Origin: Marsupella aquatica | Taxonomy: Eukaryota > Plantae > Marchantiophyta | NCBI GenBank assembly: GCA_973895155.1 | Contig: OZ316897.1 | Location: 708,515 to 772,514, forward strand | Direction of reading: 5' to 3' | DNA: 64,000 nucleotides | Part shown: positions 63,204 through 64,000 of the stretch, piece by piece | Position numbering within the stretch: position 1 is the stretch's first letter | Layout: each line of letters opens with the position of its first letter | Program-made: the position numbers and the translations under genes | Notes under the pieces: model-generated | What the model was told of the DNA's origin: nothing | The model's input: only the letters and a program-made list of their open reading frames with translations | Databases searched by the model: none

Positions 63204-64000
63204 ACGTTAATGATTCAACGGTGGGAGGCTAGCAGGGAGGGATACGCACAGACGTCCGTATGAATCACCTGCCTTGACAGTCTAAGTCAGCAGCTTGGCG
63301 AAGTGCTGCGACAACAACAATGTAATCGATGAACACTCTTTCGGGCACTCTTTTGGCGTATGATCATGTGCACGGGCATGTGCATTGGCATCGATCGATC
63401 GCTTCTCGAGTATGCAATTACTTCCAGTTTACATTGGCTGTAGCTCTCCTTGCGAATGATCCTCGGGGTCTATCAATTTGTTACCTCATTCCGTGCAGTT
63501 GTCTATGTCGGTCTGCCCGACCGATCTCCATGATCTATTTGCCCCAATATCCAGACCTTCAGTTTAAGCCTTGTTATGAAACTTCTTGTGTGTAGTAATT
63601 ATGAAAAGTAGGAGATCGAAGATGCAAGTCGTGAGCTCAGCCTCGACCTTTGTCTTTGCTCCACGTATTGCCATCTCGGCAGTAGAGTGTTGTGATTTTC
63701 TTGCCTTGGGGTTCGTTTCCCGCTGGCTGCTGTTTCGGTTTCGGTGGCCCACCAAAGGATGGCATTGCGCGAGGATCGTTGGGTCTGAGCGGGTGGGCCC
63801 GATTCTGCTGTTCATCCAGGTTGTAGTTTTGGAGTTCTTGGATGGACTCAGCTCCACCGGAATTTGGACTACCGTATGCGCTGTGCGCTGTGGACCCCCA
63901 CGTATTTTAAGTGTGCTTCAATTCCTCCACCATGATCTATTGGTTGTAGCGTTTTGCTCCTGTTTAATAAATGTTTCTTTGTTTGTGCGCACGGATGTTT

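Overview
Eukaryotic, land-plant-type heterochromatin (spliceosomal introns, plant TE lineages; a non-seed plant is plausible but not proven). The backbone is a ~300-bp satellite array (4695-6985, 35971-36223, 55432-~57190) split by two large TIR DNA transposons. (1) A 29-kb CACTA/EnSpm-like element (6986-35970; 17-bp CACAA TIRs, 3-bp TSD CAT) carries a decayed TnpD, a SAM-domain gene, a stand-alone RNase H1 hybrid-binding-domain ORF and a PMD-like/SNF2 helicase fusion pseudogene that is interrupted by a 5'-deleted Ty3/Gypsy. (2) A 19.2-kb Sola-like element (36224-55431; ~31-bp TIRs, 4-bp TSD GAAT) has two divergent genes: a DDD-type transposase with three N-terminal Tnp1/EnSpm-like repeats, and a predicted five-exon, ~1712-aa ParB-like / N6-N4 methyltransferase-like / FCP1(NIF) phosphatase-like protein. 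Its introns and spacer hold arrays of a TCGCYC-N3-GAGCGA palindrome, and a young Bianca-type Copia sits in intron 2. The Gypsy's 4.7-kb 3' LTR (24801-29510) and an independent 4.0-kb solo LTR (57318-61289, TSD CTGGG) both contain a homologous PMD-like + coiled-coil ORF inside the LTR. The flanks are tandem long LTR-like repeats (1-4694), a truncated LINE, and one intronless orphan gene (62136-63203). Domain calls come from motif recognition by eye; no searches were run.
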